A stretch of 37,232 nucleotides of DNA from Gemmatimonadota bacterium (GCA_038128265.1 JAYPJE010000012.1:1-37232), one strand, 5' to 3'; counted from the first letter of the stretch, positions 18,377 through 28,519 are shown. Notes: generated by a model from the sequence alone, not told the origin. Numbers and translations: made by a program.

Positions 18377-18859
18377 CTACGCGGAGCTCATCTCTTGGCC
18401 CAGCAAAATACGGCGCATGCTCTGCTGGCGATAGGCAAAGATGCGGTTTAACTGCCAGCGCACGGCCGGCAGGACAGCTTGCCCAAGGGGCCAAAGCGGT
18501 AGGCGATAGAGCACGCGATCGGCCACGTGCGTTCCATCGCAGGTAGCCGTGAAGGTGTGCGTGTGGTGCCAGAGGGCATACGGGCCTACGACTTGCTCAT
18601 CGACAAAGGTATGCGGCGGTTCCCAGCGCGATATGAGCGAGCGCCAGCCAAAAGGCAGACCGAACAGGCGGAGGCGATAGTCGATTTGCGTGCCCAGAGC
18701 AATGTCGATAGGCGTGGGGCTGACAATGCGGAAGCGCAGTTCGGGTGGCGTGATGCGCTCCAAGTTTTCGGCGGCGGCAAAGAAGGAAAATACTTCGTCT
18801 ATGCCCAGAGGCAGCGTGCAGGCCGTCTCCAACACCTGCGTGCCCCTGTCACCGGCCAT
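18377..18859 (-). CDS. SRPBCC family protein
   Basis: VFSFF...NLERITPP, FVDEQVVGPY..WHHTH.F, IFAYR; the 316-aa ORF-track call is over-extended, likely start ATG 18859. Confidence 0.85.
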   Translation of the reverse strand: MAGDRGTQVLETACTLPLGIDEVFSFFAAAENLERITPPELRFRIVSPTPIDIALGTQIDYRLRLFGLPFGWRSLISRWEPPHTFVDEQVVGPYALWHHTHTFTATCDGTHVADRVLYRLPLWPLGQAVLPAVRWQLNRIFAYRQQSMRRILLGQEMSSA

Positions 18860-19814
18860 AGACGATTTGCTCCATAACGGCACTGGTGCGCGCACCGCTC
18901 TGGCCGGTGCTGGGACAGTGTCCCTTGCCAAGGAGTGCGTCGACGACGGTTTGAACAAGCGGCTGTTGGACGTGTGCGGGCGGCGCAATATCAAAGGTGT
19001 GCTCGCCGCTGTTGCGCAGGGCGATGGGCGCAAAGGAAAAGGTAGAAAAATCGATCTGGCCGCTTTCGCCGATGAGCTCGATGCGGTCGCGGTTTTCGCT
19101 CGCGCAAAAGCACCACGAACCGCTGCCGATCGGGCCTGAGGAAAATTGGAAGGTGGCACTGACGGTGTCCTCGGCCGCGTAGAGCCCAGCGCGATTGGCC
19201 GCTGCGCCGCTGGCCCGTTCGATGGGTCCGAAGAGAAAGTCGAGAAAGTCGAGCTGATGGGAGGCCAGGTCGAAGAACAGGCCGCCGCCGGAAATGGTGG
19301 GGTCGACGCGCCAGGGCAGCTGAGCACGATCTACCGCTATTGGCTTTTGCTGGAGCGTGATGTGAATGGAGCGCACAGCTCCAATCGCATCGCTCTCCAC
19401 TAGCTCTTTGACTTTGAGAAAGTAGGGCAGCGCGCGGCGGTAGTAGGCGACAAAGAGCGGCACGTGCGCCCTGTCGCAGGCCTCGATCATGCGCAGGCAC
19501 TCTGCGTGGGTTCGCGCCATGGGCTTTTCCACGTAGACGGGCTTGCCGGCGCGCGCCGCACGCACCGCGTAGTCGGCGTGCGAATCAGGCGGAGTCGCTA
19601 TGTAGACGGCGTTGACATTGGGGTCGTCTATCAGGGCATCGGCATCGGTATAGAAGCGCTGCACGCTGTGGCGCTCGGCATAATCGCGCGCCCTGTCGGC
19701 ACTGCGCCGCATTACGGCGATAAGCTCAGAGCCGCTGGCTTTTTGCAGCGCGGGTCCGCTCTTTACCTCGGTGACATCGCCACAGCCGATAATGCCCCAG
19801 CGCACCTGTTCCAT
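18849..19814 (-). CDS. Gfo/Idh/MocA family oxidoreductase
   Basis: WGIIGCG, VYIATPPDSH, VYVEKP, AYYRR, GGG...DLASH; GGAG RBS. Confidence 0.92.
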   Translation of the reverse strand: MEQVRWGIIGCGDVTEVKSGPALQKASGSELIAVMRRSADRARDYAERHSVQRFYTDADALIDDPNVNAVYIATPPDSHADYAVRAARAGKPVYVEKPMARTHAECLRMIEACDRAHVPLFVAYYRRALPYFLKVKELVESDAIGAVRSIHITLQQKPIAVDRAQLPWRVDPTISGGGLFFDLASHQLDFLDFLFGPIERASGAAANRAGLYAAEDTVSATFQFSSGPIGSGSWCFCASENRDRIELIGESGQIDFSTFSFAPIALRNSGEHTFDIAPPAHVQQPLVQTVVDALLGKGHCPSTGQSGARTSAVMEQIVYGR

Positions 19815-19828
19815 GGCCGTTTCTCCGC

Positions 19829-21718
19829 TCAGGTCGCCTGGCGCACGACCTGCAGCAAGCCGTCGCCGTATCGTTCGGCTTTGGCCGGTCCCATACCGTG
19901 CGCTAGCTTGAGTTCATCGATCGTGGACGGCCGCAGCAGCGCGATATCGCGCAGGGTGCGATCCGACGCGACTACGTAGGGAGGCACGTGCTCTTCGCGC
20001 GCTATCTCCATGCGATAGCGGCGCAGCTCTTCAAAGAGATCGCTATCGTTTCCCTCCAAGTCGGCGCTGTGGTCTACGCGGCGCTTTTTTGGGCGCGTAT
20101 GTACCGGCAGGCCGGCGGCCGTACTCTGCCGCGGTGGCAGCAGCAGGCGCGCGGGGCGCCGCTCGTGAATGACGTCATTGCCGGCCTCGGTGAGCACGAC
20201 GAGCGGGCGATCGCCGCCGTGAAAGTCCACCCATCCGGCCGTTACACAGCGGCGCAGCAGCTGTATGATCCAGCGTTCGTCGTGCTCGCTGAGCATGCCC
20301 CACGAGCGCGTTTCTTTAAATCCCGCGCGCACCAGCTTTTTGTCCTGCGTCCCATGCAGGAGCTTGGCTACGGCCTGCAGTCCAAACAGGCCGTGCAGAC
20401 GCGCCACGGCGCACAGCGCTTTGCGGACGATGGTGCTGACTTCCTCCGGTGTGCTGGCGTCTTCGCTGCCCAGGTGCGTGCAGACGTCGCAGCGGCCGCA
20501 GCCCGACAGCACTTCGTCCTCGTCGCCGAAGTAGCGCAAAATGGCATCGTGGCGACAGGAGCCGCCCTCCGACCAGCGCATGAGCTCGAGAAATAGATTC
20601 CACTTGTGCTGTGCCGCATCGCCCTCGCCGTCGAGGTTGATCAGCTTGCGGCGCAGGGCCATATCGCTCGGGCCGATCAGCAGCAGGCAAACGGCATCCT
20701 GGCCGTCGCGGCCGGCGCGGCCGACTTCCTGGTAGTAGGCTTCGACAGAACCGGGGGGGGCCAAGTGGCCGATAGCGCGCACGTCGCTGCGGTCAATGCC
20801 CATGCCAAAGGCGTTGGTTGCGACCACGACTTCGAGTTGGCCGTCGGCAAAGGCGCGCTGCACGGCGTCGCGCTGTTCGCCTTCCATACCGGCGTGATAG
20901 GCAGCGCAGCGCCAGCCCTCTCCCTTCAGCCGCTCTGCTTCCTCTTCGGAGCTCTTGCGCGTCGGCGCGTAGATAATGGCCGTTCCCCCGCTAGCTCCGG
21001 GATTGCCTAGTGATTCGGCCAGCAGCGCGTTAATGCGGCGCGTGCGCTCGGCGCGGCTGGGTGCTTCGGCGACGCGCAGTGCCAGGTTGGGACGCGCAAA
21101 ACCGCGCACCAGCTGCGGTGTGTCGGCGGGCAGGCCGAGCCGCTCGAGAATCTCGTCGCGCACGACGGGCGTGGCCGTGGCCGTGCAGGCCAGCACGCGC
21201 GCCTGCGGCAGACTGCTAATCAAATCGCCGATTTGCAGATACTCGGGGCGGAAGTCGTGACCCCACTCGCTGATGCAGTGCGCTTCGTCAATGGCTACGA
21301 GGGGACAGTTGAGCTCGCGTAGAAGGGCGCGGAAGCCGCTGTGCACGAGGCGCTCGGGTGCGGCATAGACGATCTTGTAGCGTCCGGCAGCGGCTGCCTG
21401 CATGCGCTGCCGCAGTTCGTCGGCATCCAGCGTGGAGGCCAGGTAGGTTGCCGCCACGCCGCGCGCCTCGAGCGCGAGGACCTGGTCCTGCATGAGCGAG
21501 ATAAGCGGCGAGACAACGAGGGTGGTGCCTTCGAGCAGCGCGGCGGGCAGCTGGTAAGTCAGGCTTTTGCCGCCGCCGGTGGGGGCGACCAGCAGCAGGC
21601 GCCCACCGTGTAACAGCGTTTCAATGGCCTCGCGCTGGCCGGGCCGAAAAGCGTCAAAACCGAGGCTCTGAAGACCCCCGTCCAAGTCGAGTGGCTGTGG
21701 CTGTGGGACCGCGCTCAT
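19829..21718 (-). CDS. recQ: ATP-dependent DNA helicase RecQ
   Basis: FRPGQ, PTGGGKSLTYQLP, DEAHCISEWGHDFRPEY, ATNAFGMGID, YYQEVGRAGRDG, Zn site CRH...CGRCDVC, winged helix, HRDC (VPPYVV..D.TL); ATG 21718 overlaps the upstream TGA. Confidence 0.94.
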   Translation of the reverse strand: MSAVPQPQPLDLDGGLQSLGFDAFRPGQREAIETLLHGGRLLLVAPTGGGKSLTYQLPAALLEGTTLVVSPLISLMQDQVLALEARGVAATYLASTLDADELRQRMQAAAAGRYKIVYAAPERLVHSGFRALLRELNCPLVAIDEAHCISEWGHDFRPEYLQIGDLISSLPQARVLACTATATPVVRDEILERLGLPADTPQLVRGFARPNLALRVAEAPSRAERTRRINALLAESLGNPGASGGTAIIYAPTRKSSEEEAERLKGEGWRCAAYHAGMEGEQRDAVQRAFADGQLEVVVATNAFGMGIDRSDVRAIGHLAPPGSVEAYYQEVGRAGRDGQDAVCLLLIGPSDMALRRKLINLDGEGDAAQHKWNLFLELMRWSEGGSCRHDAILRYFGDEDEVLSGCGRCDVCTHLGSEDASTPEEVSTIVRKALCAVARLHGLFGLQAVAKLLHGTQDKKLVRAGFKETRSWGMLSEHDERWIIQLLRRCVTAGWVDFHGGDRPLVVLTEAGNDVIHERRPARLLLPPRQSTAAGLPVHTRPKKRRVDHSADLEGNDSDLFEELRRYRMEIAREEHVPPYVVASDRTLRDIALLRPSTIDELKLAHGMGPAKAERYGDGLLQVVRQAT

Positions 21719-22095
21719 TCGCTCTCCATGGCGCGCAAGACCTGATCGGCGCGCGTCAGGCCGTCCCAGGCGGCGGCAAAGCCGGCGTAGATGGCCACCT
21801 GAAAGAAGACCTCGACGATTTCTTCGCGCGTCGCGCCGTTGTTGATGGCCATGCGCACGTTCAGATCGAGTGCGTTGACCCGGCCCAGTGCGGATAGGAT
21901 GGCAATGCTGCACAGGCTGCGCGTGCGCAGGTCGAGCTGGGGCCGCGACCACACCTCGCCACCGATAAAGCCCATAACGGCGCGCTCGAAATCGGGAGAC
22001 AGCGCCTGAAAGCGCGCGCGCAGTTCGTCGATGGAGCTGCGCCCGACCATCTGCGCAAACTGCTCAATGCCCTTTCTGTACTGGTCTTCGTTCAT
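21715..22095 (-). CDS. Carboxymuconolactone decarboxylase (CMD/PcaC) family protein
   Basis: GEVWSRPQLDLRTRSL, AINNGATREEI, YAGF; no CxxC, so not AhpD-type. Confidence 0.88.
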   Translation of the reverse strand: MNEDQYRKGIEQFAQMVGRSSIDELRARFQALSPDFERAVMGFIGGEVWSRPQLDLRTRSLCSIAILSALGRVNALDLNVRMAINNGATREEIVEVFFQVAIYAGFAAAWDGLTRADQVLRAMESE

Positions 22096-22109
22096 TGCCT
22101 CAGCCCGCT

Positions 22110-22916
22110 TTAGGCCAATACGCCCTCGACGTGTTCGTCGAATAGATCAACGTCTTTAGCGATCATATCGGGATCGTCTTTGAGGAACACGCCGATCAGC
22201 GCCACGTCGTCTTCGCGCATGGCCTTACCCAGCGTTTCAAACGCCTCGAGAATGGGCCTGTTGCCACCGGCAAAGATCTTGTAGTGCACGACGGGGCGGG
22301 CGAGGGTGGCAATGACGTCGAGCATCGCCCGGCGGTCTTCCTCTTCCCACTTCTCGCCTTCGCCCTTGTGGTGGGCATCGCGCGAGCGGTCCGTCGGGTT
22401 GTAGTGCGAGCACATGTGGAAGTCGGTCTGCAGGTGGTCGCGTATCCACGCCTGGGCGCGCGGCTGGTGAGCGGCAAAACCGCTGACAATGCCGGCTTCG
22501 TCCATGCGCCGCTGCGCTTCTTCAAAGAGATCCCAGCGCTCGCTGGCGTGCCAGTTGTCGACCACGCCCCCGTGGATATAGGCTCCGGTGCAGCCCAGTT
22601 CGACGGCGCCGTCCAGCCACCTGCGCCAGGCGTCGGGATCGCCGCGTTCAATGCATACCTGGGCAAACCACTGAATGCGTCCGCCGCCGTTCCAATAGTC
22701 TTTGAGAACGGAAAATACGTGATCGTCCGTGCGGCCAAAAAAGGTGTTGATGCCGTGCTCCTCGGCCGTATGAAGAACCTCGTGAATGCGCTCGGGCGTG
22801 TGGTAGTCGAGCATTTCTCGATTGCGCTCGGGACTTTGGTGCGAAAAACCGGAAAATGGGTTGCCGCCGATGCAGAGTCCGGAGACGTGGGCGGTGCCGA
22901 TGGTGCGCAAACGCAT
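22110..22916 (-). CDS. Uncharacterised AKR-like TIM-barrel protein
   Basis: AKR-like N-terminus (IGTAHVSGLCIGGNPFSG), GFAAH.P, YKIFAGG; lacks DTAxxY; GGGAG RBS. Confidence 0.65.
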   Translation of the reverse strand: MRLRTIGTAHVSGLCIGGNPFSGFSHQSPERNREMLDYHTPERIHEVLHTAEEHGINTFFGRTDDHVFSVLKDYWNGGGRIQWFAQVCIERGDPDAWRRWLDGAVELGCTGAYIHGGVVDNWHASERWDLFEEAQRRMDEAGIVSGFAAHQPRAQAWIRDHLQTDFHMCSHYNPTDRSRDAHHKGEGEKWEEEDRRAMLDVIATLARPVVHYKIFAGGNRPILEAFETLGKAMREDDVALIGVFLKDDPDMIAKDVDLFDEHVEGVLA

Positions 22917-23058
22917 GATGTAGCTCCCTAAGTAATGGCGGCGCGATAGCCCCGAGGTCGACCGGTTTTTCAGAAGCGGCAGGGGCGTCGCGCTGCGGCA
23001 GCAGCATCGCTGTTAGAGAAGAGTGAGTGGACGCGCGGAAAGGCCAATACCGGAGCAC

Positions 23059-23086
23059 AATATAGGCCATTTTCTACCCGTATCAA
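23059..23086 (-). promoter_or_regulatory. Putative sigma70-type promoter for the 22916 operon
   Basis: Minus strand TTGATA-N16-TATATT. Confidence 0.45.
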
Positions 23087-23482
23087 TGGAGCGGTTTGGG
23101 CCGGGGCATTATCGGCCCATTCGACGGGTTGTATCGCCCATTTCTACGGATCTACACCGCCAATGACGTCGCACGTGACGTCGTCCTCTTGCGCCGCGGA
23201 CCCCTTGAATTTGCTCCAGCGCGCGCTCGGTGGGCTGGTAGCCGAATGAACGGTTCGCCCGCCTTATTCTGCTCCCCTACGAGTCCGTGACCGGATGGGC
23301 GTTTCGCAGGTGCGCGGACGAAGCGTATGAACGGCGCGCTGGACGGGCGTTCGAATGGGCAGCGCATAAGCGGCACACTTGCCCAATGCAGCACAATGGC
23401 ATTTTATATCGTGCGCTGTTGGCGTCCGCTCTCGCAGCGGTCGCCTCCCGTCTCAACGCATGGATACGCCCGAGCGATCAAC

Positions 23483-25246
23483 ATGAACACCTCTAGTCGG
23501 ACCGCCTCTCCTTCGCATCGCTATTTGCCCTCGCTCGACTGGATACTCCACTATCGCCGCGATGACCTGCCCGGCGACTGCACGGCGGGTCTGGTCGTGG
23601 CCATTATGCTGGCACCGCAGGGCATGGCCTACGCCATGCTGGCCGGTCTGCCCCCTGAGGCGGGCCTGTACTCCAGTATATTGCCTCTGATCGTCTACGC
23701 TCTGCTGGGCACCAGCCGCGCCCTGTCGGTTGGGCCGATGGCCGTCACTTCGCTCATGGTGGCCAGTGGCTTGGCGCCGCTGGCTGCAGCGGGCAGTGCG
23801 CACTACGTCGAATTGGCGCTAACGCTGGCCCTGCTGGTGGGCCTTATAAAGGTGTTTATGGGCCTGCTGCGCTTCGGCTTTCTGGCCGACCTGCTCAGCC
23901 ACGCAGTTATATCGGGCTACACCAGCGCGGCTGCGCTGATTATCATAGCCGACCAGCTGCGCCACCTATTGGGCATACCGCTGCCGCGCCAGGACGCCTT
24001 TTATCAATCGGTGATGAACCTGATTCAACAGGGGCCGCAGGCCAATGGGTACACCGCGTGCATCGGACTGGCCAGCATCGCGTTTTTGCTGCTGTGCAAG
24101 GGGCCGTTCAAGCGCTTTCTGCGCGGCGTAGGCGTAGCCGACAAGCTGGCCATACCGCTCGTGCAGGGCGCTCCGCTAGGGCTGGTGGTTATCGTCGCGT
24201 TTGCAGTGTGGAGCATGGAGTGGTCTGAGCGCGCCGGCGTGGCCGTCGTCGGCACGCTGCCGCAGGGGCTGCCCACAATGGCATTGCCAACGCTGCGCAT
24301 GGACGTGCTGCGCGATCTATTCCCGCTGGCCCTGGCCATCAGCTTGGTCAGCTTCACTGGCAGCATTGCCGTGGCCAAGTCGCTGACTAGTCGTCGTCGC
24401 CAGCGCATCGAGGCGAATTGGGAGCTCTTTGGGCTGGGCGCGGCCAACCTGAGCGCTGCTCTGTCTGGCGGCGTGGTGGTGACGGGTGGGCTGAGCCGCT
24501 CGTTGGTCAACTTTGCCGCCGGCGCAAACACCGGATTGGCATCGATTATCACGGCGTTGCTCATGACCCTAGTCGTGCTATATTTTACGCCGCTCTTTTA
24601 CTATCTGCCGAGCGCGGCGCTGGCGGCGATTATCACCGTGGCGGCAGCCAATATTATCGACCTGCGCACCGCCTCGTATATGTGGCGCTACAGTAAAGCC
24701 GATGCGGCCTCGCTGGTGGCGACCTTTGCCGCGGTGCTCGTATTGGGCGTAGAGCGCGGCATTGCCATCGGAGTAGGGGCTTCGCTCCTGCTTTTTTTGT
24801 GGCGTACGAGCAAGCCGCGCGTGGTCGAGTTGGGCCGGTTGGACGACGGTGAGCTGTTCCGCAGCGTAGAGCATCACCGGGTGAGGACCTATCCATCCAT
24901 TCTCATCCTGCGCATCGACGAGAGCCTCTACTTTGCCAATGCCAACCAGCTGGAGCGCCAGCTGCTCAACGAAGTGGCCGAACGGCCGCAGGTCGACCAT
25001 TTGGTGCTGGTGTGCAGTGCGGTCAACTACGTCGACGCCAGTGCGCTAGAAACGCTGGAACAACTAAACGAAGAGCTCGCTGCGGCGAGAGTAGATATGC
25101 ATTTGGCCGAAGTGAAAGAGGCCGTGATGGACAGCTTCGCCAAAACGGAATTTGCGCGCCGGCTCAAGGCCGGCCGCATTTACGCGAGCACGCACGAGGC
25201 CGTCGAAGCGCTCAATCGGCCACAGCAGGCATCATACCACATATAG
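23483..25246 (+). CDS. SulP/SLC26 anion permease with STAS domain
   Basis: [47 protein letters not shown]...VNYVDASA; start set at ATG 23483. Confidence 0.93.
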   Translation: MNTSSRTASPSHRYLPSLDWILHYRRDDLPGDCTAGLVVAIMLAPQGMAYAMLAGLPPEAGLYSSILPLIVYALLGTSRALSVGPMAVTSLMVASGLAPLAAAGSAHYVELALTLALLVGLIKVFMGLLRFGFLADLLSHAVISGYTSAAALIIIADQLRHLLGIPLPRQDAFYQSVMNLIQQGPQANGYTACIGLASIAFLLLCKGPFKRFLRGVGVADKLAIPLVQGAPLGLVVIVAFAVWSMEWSERAGVAVVGTLPQGLPTMALPTLRMDVLRDLFPLALAISLVSFTGSIAVAKSLTSRRRQRIEANWELFGLGAANLSAALSGGVVVTGGLSRSLVNFAAGANTGLASIITALLMTLVVLYFTPLFYYLPSAALAAIITVAAANIIDLRTASYMWRYSKADAASLVATFAAVLVLGVERGIAIGVGASLLLFLWRTSKPRVVELGRLDDGELFRSVEHHRVRTYPSILILRIDESLYFANANQLERQLLNEVAERPQVDHLVLVCSAVNYVDASALETLEQLNEELAAARVDMHLAEVKEAVMDSFAKTEFARRLKAGRIYASTHEAVEALNRPQQASYHI

Positions 25247-25253
25247 GAGACGC

Positions 25254-25742
25254 ATGGAACTATTGACGCAACCCTGGCCCTGGTACGTGGGTGGGCCGCT
25301 CATAGGACTCACCGTACCGGCCCTGCTGCTGCTGGTGGGAAAGCCCTTTGGCATATCGAGCAGCTTCCGCCACTTGGGTTCGATTTGCTCGCCCAAGACG
25401 CGCATTGCCTACCTGAGGGACAACGACTGGCGCGGCGAGCTGTGGAGTTTGGCTTTCGTCGTGGGCGTTATATGCGGCGCGTTTATTGCAGCGCACTACC
25501 TAAGTGAATCCGCTGTGCGCCTGTTGCCCGACCACTACCGCCAGTGGAGCGGCGGTCTCAGGCTGTTCATCGGCGGTTTGCTGGTGGGGTTTGGCACGCG
25601 CTACGCCGATGGCTGCACGTCGGGCCACTCCATAATGGGCCTATCGAGCTTAAAGTGGCCCAGCCTAGTGGCGACGATATGCTTTTTCATTGGCGGTCTG
25701 ATCGCGATCAATGCGTTCGACCTATTTGTGCCCGCACCGTAG
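25254..25742 (+). CDS. YeeE/YedE family sulfur-compound transporter, half-size subunit 1
   Basis: [39 protein letters not shown] before ATG 25254. Confidence 0.9.
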   Translation: MELLTQPWPWYVGGPLIGLTVPALLLLVGKPFGISSSFRHLGSICSPKTRIAYLRDNDWRGELWSLAFVVGVICGAFIAAHYLSESAVRLLPDHYRQWSGGLRLFIGGLLVGFGTRYADGCTSGHSIMGLSSLKWPSLVATICFFIGGLIAINAFDLFVPAP

Positions 25743-25766
25743 TCCGTACGGGAAAGGATCTCTAAG

Positions 25767-26177
25767 ATGAATCTCGTTTTTGCCCTATTGGCGGGAAGCG
25801 TTTTCGGCGCCGTATTGACCAAGTCGGAAGTGGCTTCGTGGTTTCGCATTCAGAAGATGTTTCGCTTTGAAGAAGCGCATATGTTTTTAATCATTGGCTC
25901 GGCCGTCGCCGTTGGTGCCCTATCCATTCTGTTGATACAGAAGCTGGGTGTGCGCACGTTAGAAGGCAGGGAGGTGACCATCCGCGGGAAAGCCTACCAC
26001 AAGGGCGTGGTGATTGGCGGCGTGCTCTTTGGCATGGGGTGGGTCGTTACCGGTGCCTGCCCGGGACCAATCTACGCGCAAATAGGCGCCGGCGAATACT
26101 GGGCGGCGTTTTCTTTTTTGGGCGCCTTTTGCGGGGCGTACCTATACGCGTGGCTGCGCCCGCACTTGCCGCATTAA
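25767..26177 (+). CDS. YeeE/YedE family sulfur-compound transporter, half-size subunit 2
   Basis: SWFRIQKMFRF...HM, GGVLFGMGW..TGACPGP. Confidence 0.9.
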   Translation: MNLVFALLAGSVFGAVLTKSEVASWFRIQKMFRFEEAHMFLIIGSAVAVGALSILLIQKLGVRTLEGREVTIRGKAYHKGVVIGGVLFGMGWVVTGACPGPIYAQIGAGEYWAAFSFLGAFCGAYLYAWLRPHLPH

Positions 26178-26192
26178 TAGGGAGGAGATCCC

Positions 26193-27581
26193 ATGCTGCT
26201 CAAGCAATACTATCTGGAGTGCCTGGCCCACGCCTCGTACCTATTAGGCGACGAAGAAACGGGCACGGCTGCCGTTATCGATCCCCAGCGCGATATAGAC
26301 CAGTACCTCGCCGACGCCGACGCGCACGGACTGCAGATACGCCACGTCTTTCTCACCCATTTCCACGCCGACTTTGTCGCCGGTCATTTGGAACTGCGCG
26401 AACGCACGGGAGCCCAGATTTACCTGGGCGTGCGCGCCGAGGCGCAGTACGAGTTTACGCCGATGGGCGACGGCAGCGAGGTGCGCTTTGGCCAGGTGCT
26501 GCTGCGCTCCATAGAGACGCCCGGTCACACGCCTGAATCCGTTTGCATACTGATCTACGACCTGGCGGAGAGCGCCGACAAGCCGCACGCCGTGCTGACC
26601 GGCGATACCCTCTTTATCGGCGACGTGGGCCGCCCCGACTTGGGCGCATCCGTCGGTTGGAAGGCCGAGGATTTGGCCAGCATGCTCTACGAGTCGCTGC
26701 ACGACAAGCTGCTGCCCAAGGTGGTCGACGAAACGCTGGTCTATCCGGCGCACGGGGCCGGCTCGATGTGCGGGCGCAGCCTCAGCGAGGAGACGTTTTC
26801 AACCGTGGGCAACCAGCGGCGCTACAACTATGCGCTGCAGGACATGTCGCGCGACGCCTTTGTGGGTATGGTCACGGCCGACCAGCCCGAAGCACCGGCC
26901 TACTTTAGCTACGACGCCGAAATGAATGCGCGCGAGCGGGCTATCTTGGACGACAATCTGGCCGCCAACTACCGGGCCCTGTCGCTGGAAGAAGTGCTGG
27001 CCCAGCAGGCGGACGGTGCGCAGATCTTAGACGTGCGCGAGGCGGAGGACTTTGCCGGTGCCCACCTCAGAGGCAGCGTGAACGTCGCCCTTGACGGGCG
27101 CTATGCTTCGTGGTCTGGCACGGTGCTGGACAGCGACCGCCCCATCGTCGTCATCGCGCCGCCCGGCAGCGAGCAGGAGGCGGCCATGCGCTTGGGGCGC
27201 ATCGGCTTTGACCGGGTGTTGGGCTATCTGCAGGACGGCATGTTGGCGCTGCAGGATCGGGCCGATCTCTTAGGTCGCGTGGCGCGGATAACGGCCCGCG
27301 ACTTAGACGAGTGGTCGGGTGATGCGCTGTGGGTGCTCGATGTGCGCACGGCATCCGAACGCGAAGGGTCCCACATACCGGGCAGCCAAAATATTCCCCT
27401 CAACCGTCTGAGGGGTGAGGTCGATCAGGTGCCTGCGGATCAGCCGATCGTCGTCTACTGTGCCGGCGGCTATCGCTCGTCTATTGCTGCCAGCCTGCTG
27501 ATGCAGCGCGGCAGAAAGGTGTACGATTTAGTCGGCGGCATTGCCTCCTACGAGGCCCTGCGACAGGGATCTGGCCGATAG
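26193..27581 (+). CDS. Persulfide dioxygenase-rhodanese fusion (CstB-like MBL-fold protein)
   Basis: THFHADF, TPGHT, TGDTLF, HGAGSMCG; Cys-less pseudo-rhodanese domain; C-terminal rhodanese with CAGGYRS. Confidence 0.88.
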   Translation: MLLKQYYLECLAHASYLLGDEETGTAAVIDPQRDIDQYLADADAHGLQIRHVFLTHFHADFVAGHLELRERTGAQIYLGVRAEAQYEFTPMGDGSEVRFGQVLLRSIETPGHTPESVCILIYDLAESADKPHAVLTGDTLFIGDVGRPDLGASVGWKAEDLASMLYESLHDKLLPKVVDETLVYPAHGAGSMCGRSLSEETFSTVGNQRRYNYALQDMSRDAFVGMVTADQPEAPAYFSYDAEMNARERAILDDNLAANYRALSLEEVLAQQADGAQILDVREAEDFAGAHLRGSVNVALDGRYASWSGTVLDSDRPIVVIAPPGSEQEAAMRLGRIGFDRVLGYLQDGMLALQDRADLLGRVARITARDLDEWSGDALWVLDVRTASEREGSHIPGSQNIPLNRLRGEVDQVPADQPIVVYCAGGYRSSIAASLLMQRGRKVYDLVGGIASYEALRQGSGR

Positions 27582-27586
27582 CGGGT

Positions 27587-28489
27587 TCAGTCCCAGGTTG
27601 TTTGCACTTGGGCAATGCGCGCCTGCCACTCGGCGCTGAGGGCGCCGCCGTTGGAGGAGGCGACGTTCTCGCGCAGCTGCGCGCGGGTGCGCGCGCCGGG
27701 AATGGTGCAGGAGACCGCGCGGGCACCCAGGCTAAAGTGATGGGCTAGGCGCGTCAATCCGCCTTCGTACTGAGCGCCGAGCGGCTTGAGCGTTTCGGCG
27801 CGCGCGATGCGTTCCTGCATGCTCTTGCCAGCGCGCGCGGCCCGGTGATCGTCGGCCACCTCTTGGCCGGGGGTGAACTTACCGCTGAGGATGCCCTGCG
27901 CCAGCGGCAGCCTGCACAGCAGGGCGACGCCCTGCGCCTCGGCCAGCGGCAAGAGCGCCTCTGCGGCCGACGTGTCGAGTAGGTTGTAGGTGATCTGCAG
28001 CGCCTCGACGAGGTCCTGCTCGATCAGCCACACGCCGTCGGCGGCGCTGTTGACGGCGACGGCGCGCACGCCAATCTTGCCCTCTTCCTGCAGTTCTCGT
28101 AGCCCCGAAACCCAGTCGTAATGCTGCATGTCATCGCGGCTGGGGCTGTGCAGCTGATAGAGGTCGATGCGGTCGCGTCGCAGCCTTTTCAAGCTCGCCT
28201 CGCAGGCTTCTTTCACGCGCGCCTTTGAGAAGTCCTTGCCCGAACTGCCCCCCACTTTACTGGCAATATAGACGCCGCTGTCGTTGCCCAACGCCTTTCC
28301 CAAGATGTCCTCGCTGCCTCCCTGCTGATAGGCTTCGGCCGTATCGAAGATCGTTACTCCGAGGTCGACCGCTTCGCGCACGAGGTTAATCCAATGCGAC
28401 TCGGGTGCTTGTGCCTCGGCCAATCGATTGCACCCCATGCCGACTTCCGAGACGCGCAGGCCCGTCTTGCCCAATGGGCGCATATGCAT
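27587..28489 (-). CDS. Aldo/keto reductase
   Basis: LGKTGLRVSEVGMG, IFDTAEAY, ASK, DLYQLH, PLAQGILSGK, IPGART. Confidence 0.92.
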   Translation of the reverse strand: MHMRPLGKTGLRVSEVGMGCNRLAEAQAPESHWINLVREAVDLGVTIFDTAEAYQQGGSEDILGKALGNDSGVYIASKVGGSSGKDFSKARVKEACEASLKRLRRDRIDLYQLHSPSRDDMQHYDWVSGLRELQEEGKIGVRAVAVNSAADGVWLIEQDLVEALQITYNLLDTSAAEALLPLAEAQGVALLCRLPLAQGILSGKFTPGQEVADDHRAARAGKSMQERIARAETLKPLGAQYEGGLTRLAHHFSLGARAVSCTIPGARTRAQLRENVASSNGGALSAEWQARIAQVQTTWD

Positions 28490-28519
28490 ATCTATCGCTC
28501 CAGTAACGGTGTTATTTAA

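Noticed and set aside
18377..19327. Apparent 316-aa fusion protein with an N-terminal extension on the SRPBCC domain
   Set aside because: The extension is an off-frame reading of the Gfo/Idh/MocA gene, and the real start is near 18859. The same artefact affects the track starts at 2791, 4759, 5655, 7776, 21952 and 25152.
20753..20760. G8 homopolymer in recQ as a phase-variation tract
   Set aside because: It is short and in frame (Ala-Pro-Pro codons), and is expected by chance in GC-rich DNA.
8860..21718. Two SF2 helicases (HrpB, RecQ) as a possible anti-phage system
   Set aside because: Both have ordinary housekeeping architectures, lie about 8 kb apart in different operons, and have no nuclease, methylase or effector neighbours.
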